DNA of 64,000 nucleotides from Octopus bimaculoides. Taxonomy: Eukaryota. The stretch lies in assembly GCF_001194135.2 (NCBI RefSeq), contig NC_068986.1, positions 74,191,884 through 74,255,883 of the forward strand. The letters are read 5' to 3'. This document shows, piece by piece, positions 11,536-24,629 of this stretch. The position numbers and the translations under genes are program-made. Below the pieces are notes generated by a model that made no database searches, was not told where the DNA came from, and worked only from the letters and a program-made list of their open reading frames with translations. Numbering within the stretch: position 1 is the stretch's first letter; each line of letters starts with the position of its first letter.

Positions 11536-11889
11536 GATGAATCACGGCCTATGTCATTTACTGCCACTACTCCACCACCAATCAATGTGAAACGCAGGTC
11601 ATCATCTCCAAATCTCGATGCTCTCAGTGACCCAAGCCACAACGTGATCTCAGAAAGCAGCAGTAGCCCAGAAGGGGAGCTAACTTCCCAAATATCAGAG
11701 GGTGACAGTGAAAACAGCATCGGTGAAATTGACCCAAGTGTCGGAGGTTATCAAGAGGTTGATCAGAACCACGAAAGTATCTATGAACCAAAGCGTGTCT
11801 TCTTGCCCCAAATTAAAATTGAAAGAAAATTTTTCACCGAACTTCAACAACTTGAATCATTAATAAATTCTGGCGGTACAAACGAACAG
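11536..11889 (+). CDS. PLEKHH1/2: PLEKHH1/2 coding exon, Ser/Pro-rich linker (DESRPMSF...GGTNEQ)
   Basis: TTTTCTTTGCATTAG acceptor, CAG|GTGAGT donor, 354 nt, phase 0/0; matches ORF-track 11551..11898. Confidence 0.85.
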
Positions 11890-12131
11890 GTGAGTTAGAA
11901 TTATTACAGGAAAATGGTCTAACATTCCTACTTTTTCTTCATTGTTGAACTCTGTGCGATAATCCCTACAGAATCAAATTTTCTCAAATAGTCCACTACC
12001 GAAATGCTGACCAGATTTGAACTTCTTTCTTTAGATCAGAACTACTGCACCCAATGGATTTATTATCATTATTATTATCATCATCATCATCATCATTATT
12101 ATTATTATCATTATTATTATTATTATATGAA

Positions 12132-12330
12132 GGCGCATGGCCTAGTGGCTAGGGGTGCTGGACTCACAATCTTGTGATCGTGATTTCAATTCCAAGGTCA
12201 GGTAGTGCATTGTGTTCTTGAGCAAAGCACTTTGTCTCGTGTTGCTCTATGGTCACTTCAACACTTGACACATGGTACACAGTGCACCTGTTCAGACAAT
12301 GTCGATTTGATCACTATAAACGAATCATTT
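12132..12330 (+). mobile_element. tRNA-headed SINE fragment (related copy ~40480-40620)
   Basis: GGCGCATGGCCTAGTGG..GATTTCAATTCC head plus GTGTTCTTGAGCAAAGCACTT core. Confidence 0.7.
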
Positions 12331-12994
12331 GTACAAGTTGTTTGGCGAAAGCTGAACACTCATATGTCATCTTTGATGGGAGAATTCATCATCATTATTA
12401 TTATTATTAATATTATCATTGTGTGAGAGACAATGCTTGCCATCAAAGTGGCATTGGGTACAAATATATAAGCCCAAATACCCATCATGATTACCTGTCT
12501 GATAAGGGTACACCAGGCACATGCTTCGCAACCATATGTGTGTGACATAGTGACCTGATACCAAGATAAACTGCACATAACCTTGCAGGTGGGACCCAGT
12601 TAGAATTTTCTTCCGGTCAAGTGACCCATCCCACTCAAAAGGTCCCTGAATAAGGGTTGTTTAAGGATAATGAAAAAAACTCATGTTTCCAGGGGTGAAT
12701 TATACAAACCCTAAAGAATTACTCTTAACACATGGTTATGATTCTCCCCTACTACTCCTGCTTGTGATTAGAAATGCACATATCATCAACCACTAAGGGA
12801 CATGCTCAAACTGGTTAAGCTCAAGCAAATCTCTGATTGAACAGATTCAAATCCTGCCTGGGTTGACTTCGCCTTTCATCCTTTTGGGGGTCGATGAAAC
12901 AAGTACCAACTGAGCTCTGAAGTCAACATTATCGACTCCTCACAAAATTTCTGGCATTGTGCCTATAACAGAAAGGATTATTATTATTATTATT

Positions 12995-13537
12995 GAATTA
13001 GAGAGTAGTGCATGTCATCAAAGTGACACTGGGGTAAAATATATAAGCCCAAATACCCATCATGATTACCTGTCTGATAAGGGTACACCAGGTGCATGCA
13101 TCACAACCATATGTATGCGACATGGTGATCTCATATCAAGATAAACAGTGCATGACCTTACAAGTGAAGCCCAGTTAGAATATTCTTCAGGTCAAGTGTC
13201 CCATCCCACCCAAAAGGTCCCTGAATAAGGATGTTGAACAAAGCACCTGTTTCTAAAGGTGAATTGTCCAAACTCCGAAGAATTCCTCTCAACGCTTGGC
13301 TATAATGCTGCCCACCTACTTCTGTTTGTGATTAGAGTTGCACATATCATAAGCCACTAAGGGATATGCTCAACTGGTTAAAGTCAAACAACTGACAAGA
13401 AAATCTGTGATATTGAGCAGAATATTTACTGTAGCCCATCTTTTATACCAAGACATAATAATGTACATGATAACACTTCCAATCAGTTAAGATGAGAAGC
13501 CATGAGAGCCACTACTTGGTACTGCATCAGGGCATTT
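12995..13537. mobile_element. ~550-bp non-coding interspersed element inserted in (ATT)n tracts
   Basis: Collinear copies at 12421-12838, 21932-22482 and 24101-24205, all starting right after (ATT)n; the full copy ends CAGGGCATTT(ATT)n. Confidence 0.85.
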
Positions 13538-14060
13538 ATTATTATTATTATTACTACTATTATTATTATTATTATTATATTTGTGCCAAGAATGGCCCAT
13601 GTGAATGGGCCTACTCTAAGTGTGTGCCTGTAGGCTGAATGGAATGAAGAGGAGAGGGGTGCCTTTGGTGTTAGGGAGTCCAAAGTGTGTGAGATTTCTT
13701 TGGTCACCTCTCGGTGGAACTCCCTTCTATTGGGAAGTATATTGTTGGTTTTAATCTCTTTGTTAATTGTTGTGTTGTTTTGCTGCTTACATGTTTAACC
13801 ACACTGTCCCTCGTCTGTGTATTGTCTTTTATGTTTTGTGTTTGGCCCTGATGGCCAATAAATAATAATTGTCATCATTATCATCATCATTATTACTATT
13901 ATTATTATTATTATTATTATTGTGGTGGTGATATTATGAACATGAGTTTTATTTTCAGTTTTCTTATGTAATAAATCTAAAATGCATAAAAGGATTTATG
14001 TGTGTTGATCTATTATTTCTCTTCCTCTCTCAGACATAGTCTCCTTTCTATATCTTTTGA

Positions 14061-14101
<41 letters not shown>

Positions 14102-14615
14102 TCTCACTGTGTCTCTCTCTCTTGTTTGTTCTTTCTTACTTGCTCTATCTCAGAATCTTTATCACGTTTTTACAAAATATTTTTATTAGCTATTTCAGGT
14201 AGTAATTTTCAGCTTTGACTCGATATCACTTCAACTTTGATGTGACAGTAATCTTTATAGTATTGCTATTGCCCATAGATGTAATCTACAAGATTGTATG
14301 TTACACATTGAAATTTACTGATGTCTGATTTAGTTAGCCTATAAGTTTTAAGCTGTTGTCATTTCTTTTCCTCAGTCACGTTATATTTTCTTTTGCAATA
14401 CTTTATTATGAAGTTTATCCTTGGAATTTTCTGTGAGTATATTCTCTCTAGTCGGAATAGAAGGAACAATGGCCATAGTAAGAAGAAGAAACCACATATC
14501 TGAATTAGTGGTTATAGCACATTGATGAGTATCTAGGGCTATAATTGAAAACATTTGTGTATATGTGTGTTTATCCCATACATACAAGCAGTATTCTAAC
14601 ATGGGTCTGGCTTAA

Positions 14616-14837
14616 CCCCTTTGCATTCAGATTACTCTGTCAAATGTAAAGCTTATTTATTCACATTGTTTTGCATTAATCATGCATTATCTTGTAAACT
14701 TCAAGATTTTGATGATCTGATTGTTTATTTTTAGAATGAAATTGTAGGGTAAATGTGTGAGGCTTGGATCTGGCTGGTTTGAACATAAAACAAGTAGAAT
14801 ATTTGAGTCATATATATCTGGTTTAAGTGTTAAAGGG
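14616..14837. mobile_element. ~225-bp TTAA|CCC..GGG|TTAA MITE (piggyBac-type ends)
   Basis: TTAA on both sides, CCC..TTT / TAAAGGG termini; collinear with the copies below. Confidence 0.88.
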
Positions 14838-14989
14838 TTAAGTCATTGTCTTTAAGTGTTCCTACTGTCTATAAATTCTTGCTCATTTTCAAAAGTATTA
14901 TCAAATAGTGATGTGAGTTAAATGCATATTCCAAATATGTTCTGGTGAATATGGAGGCAACAGGAGCATCAAAGTTATTCCTTTATTCT

Positions 14990-15227
14990 TTTACATGTTT
15001 CAGTCATTTGACTGCAGCCATGCTGGAGCACCACCTTAAAGGGTTTTAGTCAAACTAATAGATTGCAGGATTTATTCTTTGTAAGCCTAGTACTTATTCT
15101 ATTGGTCTCTTTTCCCAAACCACCAAGTTACCGGGATGTAAACACACCAGCATCATTTGTCAAGCAATGGTGGGGGGACAAACACAGACACAGACACACA
15201 TACACACACATTAATATACATACATAC

Positions 15228-15258
<31 letters not shown>

Positions 15259-15418
15259 TACGATGGGCTTCTTTCTGTTTCTACCTACCAAATCCACTTA
15301 CAAGGTTTTAGTTGGTCTCAGGCTATAGTAAAAGACATCTGTCTAAGTTACCACACAGTGGGACTGAACCTGGAACCATATGGTTGGGAAGAAAGCTTCT
15401 TACCACATACCTATGCCT
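14990..15418 (-). mobile_element. Same abundant SINE family
   Basis: Collinear with 61815-62250. Further copies or fragments at ~2720-2810, 17880-18290, 19790-20560, 34260-34650, 57120-57260, 58265-58690. Confidence 0.8.
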
Positions 15419-15449
15419 GTTTTTTTTTGTTTTTTTTTGTTTTTTTTGC

Positions 15450-16450
15450 AGAACTGTATTATTATGAAACAAGATGTTGTTGAAAATCATGTACGTAATG
15501 ATAGTAGTGCACTCACCAAGAAGCAGGAAATGCTAATAAATGAGGTTGCTGAAGAGATGAATGCATGGCCGAGAGAGGTACTAATGCTAGCAGACCCAAC
15601 AGAGGGAGCTATTATTGAAATTGACAGCTACGTAGTTGAATGAGCATTAGCACTTTAGTATTTGAAACGGCCATATCCAGCCCAGATATTCCCCTTGTTT
15701 TATGTTCAAGCCAGCTAGATCTGGTTTCTCACACTTACCCTACAATGTCATTCTAAAAGTAAACGATCACATCTTTAAAATCTCAAAGGTATGAGATAAT
15801 GCATGATAAATTCAAAGCAATGTGAATAAATAATCATTACATTTCACAGAATAATTTAAACACTAAAGGGTTAAGGATGTGAAAGCAAATTAATCAGTTG
15901 TTTGAAATCAGATGATGAAAATATCCAGTAAAATAAGACAGACAATGGTTAGTAGCATACTCAAACAGTATAACGAAGTATAATTTCTAGTGACTGACAT
16001 AGCAGTGTCACCATGAATTACCACAAGAAAAGAAAAGATACACTAGAAAGAAATAACTCTAGAGATATCAAACTGATATGGAAACATTTTACAAAATTCT
16101 GTAGCACAACTAATTAGGAAAAGAATTAGTTTAGATGTAACAAAGTAAACATTTATCCTAAGATTGGATACCTTTGATGCTCTCTTTCTAGTATGTTAAT
16201 TACAGAAAAAAGTTCTTAATAAAGAGCCATGCACTATACCTAGCATTTGTTGTCCTGGAAAAGCCTTTAGCAGGGCACCATGCTGTGTAATCTACCGGTC
16301 ACTAAAACACCTAGGTGTAGAAAGAAAACGTTTTATGACAACTGTGCAAGCTGTGTACTGAGATTGTGCTAGCAAAGTATGGAGTTGACAATGTGTTTAG
16401 CATATAGGGAGATTTTCATCAGGGTTCAATTCTCTGTTGATCATTAGTCC
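15450..16450 (+). mobile_element. Decayed RTE-clade LINE (pre-RT and RT fragment), interrupted by a TTAA MITE
   Basis: Translates to DPTEGAIIEIDS, DALFLV..LQKK, LYLAFV(V)LEK, HQGSIL, i.e. RT motifs LAFVDLEKAFD and GVHQGS with stops. Confidence 0.75.
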
Positions 16451-16600
16451 TTCAGGCCAATAAAAGAGTTCAAAAGCTGCTGTTGATGGGAACTCACATA
16501 GTTGAGCTGAGTCAAATCAGCCTTGATCAAGTAGGCCTAGGATTAAATACATTCCAGCATGATCATCTCATTTTTTTTTTTAGTAGTCTCAGTGTATATG

Positions 16601-16916
16601 GCACTCTGTTGGTTACGACAACAAGGGTTTCAGTTGATCCAATCATTGGAACAGCCTACTCATAAAATCAACATGCATGTGGCTGAGCACTCCATGGACA
16701 TGTGTACCCTTAATGTAGTTCTCTGGGAGATTCAACATGACAGAGTATGACAAGGCTGGCCCTTTGAAATACAGGTACAACTCATTTTGCCAGCTGACTG
16801 GACTGGAGCAACGTGAAATGAAGTGTCTTGCTCAAGGACACAACATGTTGCCAGGAATCGAACTCATGACCTTGGAATTGTGATCTGAATGCCATAACCA
16901 CTAAGCCATGTGCCTT
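16601..16916 (-). mobile_element. tRNA-derived SINE (core Y + tail shared with the 57304 copy)
   Basis: Reverse-complement reads: tRNA head, GTGTCCTTGAGCAAGACACTTCATTTCACGTTGCTCCAG core, then TGTACCTGTATTTCAAAGGGCCAGCC tail. Confidence 0.85.
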
Positions 16917-17755
16917 CACTACAGTGTCTATATAACAACATTATATAATGTATCCTTACCTTCTTTTAAAAAAGGTAGAATGTGATACAAGGAAAATTTG
17001 GCTGTTGTTTCTAGCAGGTCAAGCAATTAGGTTTCCTTTAGTAGAAGTAGCAGCAGTTGTGGTGGTAGTGGGGTGGGGATGTTGTTTTGGTAAAGTGATG
17101 ATTTTGGAAGTGATGAAAACAATTTTATCCAATTCAATGGGAATAGTTTCTATGCCTCTGACTTCTCTAAAAATGAAAAGGTAAAAGAAAAGACCCCAAA
17201 AAATCCAACCTGTTAAAAATCACGTCTTCAATTCCTCAGTGTAAATATCCTTTTTTCTTCCTTATAACAACCATTGACCATCATCCACATTTATTTCATC
17301 TTCTAAATCACTTCTTCCTTTCTTTCAAATGTTGTTGGGCTTTCAGCCTCATCAGTCTTGCTTATCTACATCTTTCTTTTCCTTCTTTCTCTCTCTCATT
17401 GCATCTCACTTTCACTTTCCTTAATGTCTCTCTCTCTCTCTTTCTCTGTGTATTCCCTTCATTATTTACATTCAGTTCGTTATCGTCTCATTGTATACAC
17501 AAAAGCTCGTTTATTCACACCATTTCACTTCATTATCACAAAGTGCTAACTAGGCTCTTCATTATAGCATGTACTTCACCTTAATGAAATTCTAATTATC
17601 CACATTATCTGTTTTCTAATTCTGGAAGAGAAACAACAACAACAAACACGACAACTTTCATTCAAATTATTAACGAATACTTCTCTCTTTGATTTTTTTG
17701 ATTTTGTTTCAATATACTCTATAACCACAAATACACTTGTATATGTGTGTGTGTG

Positions 17756-17801
<46 letters not shown>

Positions 17802-17808
17802 CGTGCAT

Positions 17809-17844
<36 letters not shown>

Positions 17845-18077
17845 TAATATAAGCAGCATGTGTGTGTGTATGTATCTTTTATCTTTTACTTGCTTCAGTC
17901 ATTGGAATGTGGCCATACTGGGGCAACACTTTCAAAGGTTAGTCAAACAAATCAACCCCAGTACTTATTTTTTAAAGCTTGGTACTTATTCTATCAGTTT
18001 CCTTCACTGAACCTCTAAGTCACAGGAACGTAAACAAATCAACACCAAATGTCAAGGTGGTTTTGCANNNNNNNNNN

Positions 18078-18134
<57 letters not shown>

Positions 18135-19011
18135 GTATGTATACATATGCATGCACACAGGCTTCCTTCAGTTTTCATCTACCATGTCCCCACACAAAGC
18201 TTTGGTTGACCTGGGGCTTTGGTAGCAAACACTTGATCAATGTGCTACACATGAATCTGAATCTGGAACAGTGCTATTTGGAAGCAAACTGCTCAACCAT
18301 AAAACTGTGCATGCACTGAAATATATATATATATGTTTCCTGGAAAAAAGTACATGGGTCACTACATGGCTAAAAAATACCATATATCATCGTTATCATC
18401 ATCATTTAGCATCTGTTGTCCATGCTGGCATGAGTTGAATGGTTTGACCAGGGCTGGTAAGCTGAGGGGCTGCACCAGACCCTATTCTGATTTGGTATGG
18501 TTTCTATAGTTAGATGTCCTTCCTAATGCCAACCACTCTGAAAATGTAATGGGTACTTTTATATGCCACTGGCATGGGTACCAGTTACATGACACCAGTA
18601 TCTGCCACCACTACAATTTCACTTCACTTGATGGGTCTTCTTCTCAAGCACAGCATGTTGCCAAAGGTCTTGGTCATTTGTCATTGTCTCTATGAGACCC
18701 AGTGCTTCAAAGATGCTTTCTACATGCCACCAGCACAAGTGCTAGTTATGCAACACTGATATCAGCCACATTACCTCTGTGAGGCAATACACATACACAC
18801 ACACACTTTCTGTCTGAAGATACACTTCAACATGTTGAACTGTTAATCCCAATATATCTTTTTCTCACCCTGTTATCTTTCTCTCAATCCTTTCTGTCAA
18901 AGAGCGTAGGCTTCAAAAATCAAAGACTTTTCCATTCTTCTCGAGTGCCAAACTAATACACCTGCTTGTTGTTCCCTCACTTGTTGTCATCTTTTGTTTA
19001 CTGTAAATTCG

Positions 19012-19063
<52 letters not shown>

Positions 19064-19177
19064 AGAGTGTTAGGTGTATTATTATATCATCATCATTGTA
19101 ACATCCACTTCAGGGAAGAGGAAAAGGGGGAAGAAATGAATAGTTTGGAGAAATGGGTAGCTACATGGCCCAAAAAT

Positions 19178-19223
<46 letters not shown>

Positions 19224-20171
19224 ATACAAATAATAAATGAGTATATGCATATATACGTACATGTATGTACATACCTACATCTACATGTATATATAGATGC
19301 ATATCTGGGTACAGGACATTGCAAAAAAACGTGGACAAAATGATAAACAGAGTACAGAAAACACACAGGGCACATAGAGAACATTTAAATTTATATTGTA
19401 TAAATGAGACTAGACTGCAATATCAAAGACTGGTTATTGCCAATTCAAATATGCTTGAGATAGACTTATTTCTGAGCTCACATCACATTCTGTCTGGTTT
19501 CTGTGACTGTAGAGGAGATAACCAATCCAAAATGCTTGCATCTAACAGTCTGGGTAGGTAACACTGTGAACTGATTTTGGTGTATTTGCACTATTTGTTT
19601 ATAGTGAGAAATTTTCTCCATAACAAAACACAGTGAATGACTTTCCTACGAGTTCAAATATGCCTGTCATATATGAATTGGAAATAACCTTTTATTTATA
19701 CACATTACTACTTAGCCCTGCCACTCCATAACTTCTTTCTTATGGTTATTATATAGATTTATATTATGGATCTTTTATTGTTTATTTCTTTCAGCTATTA
19801 ATCTGTGGCCATGCTGGGGTTCTGCCTTGAATTTTTAGTCAAATGAATCGAACCCAGTACTTCTTTTTCTAAGTCCCCTACTTATTCTATTGGTTACTTT
19901 TGCTAAACTGCTAAGTTATAGGGATGCAAACTCACCAACGCTGGTTGTCAAGTGGTGGTGTTGGTGTGTGATGAGGCAACACAGACAGAAAGACACACAC
20001 ATGTAGATATACATACATAAATGTAGGTTAATTTGAATGGCTTAACAGATCCGACTTAACTGGACTTTTCTTAGACTGTTCTTTTCTTCTGAAAATTGGC
20101 CTTTGTACCTGAAATATAACGGTTTTATTAAACTTACTGCATTCTCAGAAGCTGTATATTTTCTCTCTTTT

Positions 20172-20207
<36 letters not shown>

Positions 20208-20873
20208 CGGGCTTCTTTAAGTTTCTGTCTTCCAAATTCATTCACATGACTTTAGTCAGCCTGAGGCTATAGTAGAAGACATTTGTCCAAGATTCCATGT
20301 AGTAGGACTGAACCTGGAACCATGTGGTTGGAAAGCAAGCATCTTACCACACAGCCACACCTTTGCCTGTATACATATATATACATATATAAATACACAC
20401 ACACGCACACACACACACTCACACATAAATGATGAGCTTCTTTCAGTTTCCGTCTTCCAAATCCACTCACAAGACTTTGGTTAGCCTGAGGCTATAGTAG
20501 AAGACATTTGCTCAAGGTGTCATGCAGTGGGACTGAACTCAGAGCCATGTGGTTGCAAAGCAAACTTTTTATTTCTTTATTGCCCACAAGGGGCTTAACA
20601 TAGAGAGGACAAACAAGGACAGACAAAGTGATTAAGTCGATTACATCGACCCCAGTGCATAACTGGTACTTAATTCATCGACTCCGATAGAACGAAAGGC
20701 AAAGTCAACCTTGGCGGAATTTGAACTCAGAATGTAACAGCAGACGAAATACCGCTAAGCATTTCGCCCGGGGTGCTAATGTTTCTGCCAGCCTGCCGTC
20801 TTAGCAAACTTCTTATCACATTGCCATGCCTGTGCCTTGATGACGAAAATTAATTTTTTCTTTTCTTTTGCAG

Positions 20874-21281
20874 CTTCTTGAACAGGGTGATAATTCATCA
20901 GTAAAAAACGACGAAGAAGAAAAAGGAGAAGAGGAAGACAGCAATTCATCAAAGTCATCATATGCAGTTACACCACTAACCCCAAAGTCTCAGACAGTAT
21001 CTTTTGTTCCTTTTGCACCGCCAAGTTCTCCTAATGGTGTTTTTGTGCCACCCCAAAATTTGCAATATGTCTCTGCATTGGCCACACTGCCCAGAACTAA
21101 GTGCCAGCCAGCATCAATGAAATTCAATGAAGAAATATATTCTCAGGTGCCAAAACGAGAAATAAGGATTTCGACGTCAGATATCCAGAAGAATGCTCTT
21201 TATGATGAGTGGCCAACATCACCCTTTGATCGAGAACTTCCTCCAAGGCTCTTATTAGCTGACCCACCTGACTCAAACGAG
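20874..21281 (+). CDS. PLEKHH1/2: PLEKHH1/2 coding exon, acidic/Pro-rich linker (LLEQGD...PPDSNE)
   Basis: Long pyrimidine tract + TTGCAG acceptor, GAG|GTGAGA donor, 408 nt, phase 0/0. Confidence 0.87.
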
Positions 21282-21290
21282 GTGAGATTC

Positions 21291-21318
<28 letters not shown>

Positions 21319-21321
<3 letters not shown>

Positions 21322-21497
21322 TAGTTTTATTTTTATAGCGTGCTTTCACTTCACTACCGAGTGCAGCTCTGTGTACCTTGGGTATGTGCTGTGGTTTGTT
21401 GCAATGCTCTTATGGTTACTGTATTGAAAGTGTTTTGCGTAGGATGTGTGCAGTGCCCATTAGTGCAATTTTCTGTATGTTATATATTCTGTATCAT
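21319..21497 (-). mobile_element. R4/Dong-like LINE 3' terminus (~95% identical to 37238-37408)
   Basis: Direct comparison by eye: ~8 mismatches in ~168 bp; flanked by (TAT)n. Confidence 0.88.
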
Positions 21498-21554
21498 TTC
21501 TTCTTCTTCTTCTTCTTCTTTTTCTTATTATTATTATTATTAATGCTGTTGTTG

Positions 21555-21860
21555 TTTTACTTCTCAGGATGTTTGGTCTTGTTTGTTCTGGTAGATTCTG
21601 TGAGAGCTGACAACAGCCTGCTGTCAGAGGTTTCACAGAGTCTCTTTCTGCACATTATAAGTTTTGATACTTGGTTGTTAATTATCATGGGAGACATTCA
21701 GCGTCCAAGTACCAAGCTCAAAATCCAGACTGTCCCCAGCAGAGCAGTCTTTTGGGCTTGCTCTGCTCTCATGTCAATTCCGATTTCTCAGACATATTTC
21801 TTGAGCTTGGTTGCTAAGTGTTCTGAGGGTCTCTGCAAGTACTGGGATGACAAGCACTTA
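21555..21860 (-). mobile_element. 3' end of a second R4/Dong-like subfamily
   Basis: - strand reads ..AQKTALLGTVWILSLVLGR*, homologous to QKIALLGTAHILRKTL*; (ATT)n on both sides. Confidence 0.7.
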
Positions 21861-21865
21861 TCATC

Positions 21866-21931
<66 letters not shown>

Positions 21932-21932
<1 letters not shown>

Positions 21933-22482
21933 AGTGGGAGAGCAGTGCATGCTGTCGAAGAGATACTGGGGTAAAATATACAAAGCCCAGCATACCCATC
22001 ATGACTATCTGTCTAATAAGGGTACACCATCTGTGCTCAACATGGTGAACTCATATCAAGATAAGCAACACATGGCCTTGTAGGTAAGGCCCTGTTAGAA
22101 TTTTCTTCAGGTTGAGTAGCCCATTCTTCTCAAAAGATCCTTGAATATGGGCTGCTTAAGAATGTTAAACAAATCAACCATGTTTCCAGTGGTGAATTAT
22201 TCAAACTCCAAAGAATTCCTGTCAGCACATGGCTATGATGCTCTCCCACTACTGCTGCTCATGATCAGAGAAGCACATATTGTAAGCCACCAATGAACAT
22301 GCTAAACTGGTTAAGGTCAAACAACTGACAAGCAGTAAATCTGTGGTACTGAGCAGAATGTTTGCTGTAGCCCATCGTTTTTTTAAAATTTTTATACCAA
22401 GACCAAACATGTACATGATAACACTTCCAATCAGTTAAGATCAGAAGCCATGGAAGCCAGTGGCAGGTACTGCATCAGGCCA
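21932..22482. mobile_element. Second full copy of the ~550-bp (ATT)n-associated element
   Basis: Collinear with 12995-13537. Confidence 0.85.
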
Positions 22483-22519
22483 ATATCATAATTATTATTA
22501 TTATTACTGATGTTTTTCA

Positions 22520-23950
22520 ATCACAACACTGTCCTACCCAGTGTCAACCACTCTAGTGTTACTTGGTCAGCATTTAACAAGGTGTTGAGTTGCGCAGCTA
22601 TTTGTCCATGACATTCACCAAATCTTTTGATTCAGTAGCCTTGAACTCCATCTGGTCCCAGAGTCTTCCAGTTGCTCATTTTTTATGCTGATTCCCTTCA
22701 CTTCCCTAACTGAAATTATTAGTTCTGCCTGTTTTGGGCAGACTGCTGTTTGATTCAGTTCTTGCAACCATTTAGCATCCTTCTTGCGCTCCTTGTCTTT
22801 GCTCCAGATATCACTTCAAAACCTTTGACTTTCATTGTTATCTGGTATCAACTTTTCATCTGTACACTCTCCATTTATTTCTTTATAGAATCTCTTCTTA
22901 TCTACTCTGAATAACCTATTCTGGTGGTAACCCTTCATTCTTTGGTCATATCTTACCATCTTTGCTTTCTTTGCAATGAGACGCTATTTCATTTCCTCCA
23001 TTACCACTTTCAGGTCCTTTCTTTCACTATTATACTTCCTTTTCAGCGCCCTGTATTTTTGTTCGCTTTTAAGTTCCCCTTTCTCTTTTCGGTCTGACAC
23101 AGAAATGTCCTTCGAGAGCATATCAAAACTCCACATGTATTCTTCTTTTCCAACATGGATCTTTTCTTTTGTTACTCCCATTATATTTCCTTTTCTTGAC
23201 ATCAACTCCCACGTTTTCTGCTACAACAATACTTGCTGCCTTGATCAAATTATTTGTTTCTGTGATGTTGTTTGTTCTGATGTATTTCAGAATTTCATTG
23301 ACATTTTTCGTTTCTTGGCTCAATTTCCACCAATCAACCTTTTTAAGATTGCAAATAATGTTGCTATCATTCTCCTGTAGGCTTGCCCTTATTCTGTAGT
23401 AGATTGCCTTTTGCTCATCTGTCATGTCACCATTAGTTTTATTGTCTTCTTTTAGATCATCTATATGTCTCTCATCAAGTAAACTACCACTCCTCCTTTC
23501 CTGTGCTATGAGATTACTTCTATTTGTAAGAACTGCATTTTCATCCTTATCTCTGCTATTTTCCAAGACCAGTCTTTTGATAGCTTCGAACTCTACTTCA
23601 GTGAACCAACGATGCTTTCTTATTGCTCTAGCTTGATTACATAGCCTGTGTTCCGCGAGTTGAAACAATCCCTTTTCCCTCTAATGATCATATATACATT
23701 GTCGGTAATCCCTAATTTGAGCACTATTTTCATTTACCAGGTTGCTCTAGTAGTAACACTCCATGACCACAGCATTAATTTGCTTGCTCCATCTATGCCA
23801 TGTGTGGTGGTCCCTTTCTGGATATTAACAGGCTGGAGCTGGACCAAAATTTCTCAGCCTGCCAGATGCAACACTGTCACCATCAATGGCTTCAGTTTCA
23901 TTACCCCTGTTTTTCACAATATTTTGTTTCTTCATTGTCCCTCATATGAG
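22520..23950 (-). mobile_element. R4/Dong-like non-LTR retrotransposon, 5' part (N-terminal domain to start of RT)
   Basis: WSKQINAVVMECYY...EHRLCNQARAIRKHRWFTEVEFEAIK (ORF 23123..23668) and NWKTLGPDGVQGY near 22660; 5' end abuts an (AAT)/(AGT) tract. Confidence 0.8.
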
Positions 23951-23959
23951 GTAGCAATT

Positions 23960-24100
<141 letters not shown>

Positions 24101-24235
24101 GAGTGAAAGAGCCGTGCATGCCATCAAAGTGACACTGGGTTACAAATATATGAAGCCCAATATATCCATCATGTCGACCTGTCTAATAACGGTATACCAG
24201 CTACATGGCACTCTTCTTTTAATTTTGACTCTATT

Positions 24236-24580
24236 AAGTTACTTTCGAGTTGGCCTTGGTGATGGATTATGTCAGCGATGTTTACCTTAGTGATGGATTG
24301 TCAATCGTATACAAAAGTAAAGAACTTTTCTCTCTATTATACTTCTGCTGAGTTACTTCAGTCCTTTATATAAACTAAAAAAATGAATTAGACTGACATT
24401 TATTTTGAACCTATGGAAGGCACACGAAATGCCGAAATATTGTTCAAAGCACCAATAAATAAGTTACTTTCGAGTTGCACTTTTTGTCATTAAGATGGCC
24501 TTGGTGATGGATTACGTCAGCTATGTTTACCTTAGTGATGGATTGTGTCAATCGTATACAAAATATAGAACTTTTCTCTC

Positions 24581-24590
<10 letters not shown>
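24236..24590. repeat. Local ~105-bp direct repeat with a structured spacer
   Basis: TAAGTTACTTTCGAGTT..GGCCTTGGTGATGGATTA..GAACTTTTCTCTCTATT at 24236-24340 and 24461-24590. Confidence 0.9.

Positions 24591-24629
<39 letters not shown>

Noticed and set aside
13480-13537. Short resemblance of the 550-bp element end to U2 snRNA (CCTGGTA(C/T)TGCA; TAAGATCA)
   Set aside because: Only 8-12-nt matches, in the wrong order and spacing; no Sm site.
17530-17580. Hammerhead-like ATAATGAAGAGCCTAG on the - strand
   Set aside because: No GAAA box or stems recoverable; too decayed to support.
21378-21974. 198-aa ORF, and similar poly-I/L/N/Y/HT/CV ORFs across the track
   Set aside because: Antisense LINE fragments plus microsatellite runs; no independent coding signal.
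22976-23380. 134-aa + strand ORF
   Set aside because: Antisense shadow of the R4/Dong-like ORF.
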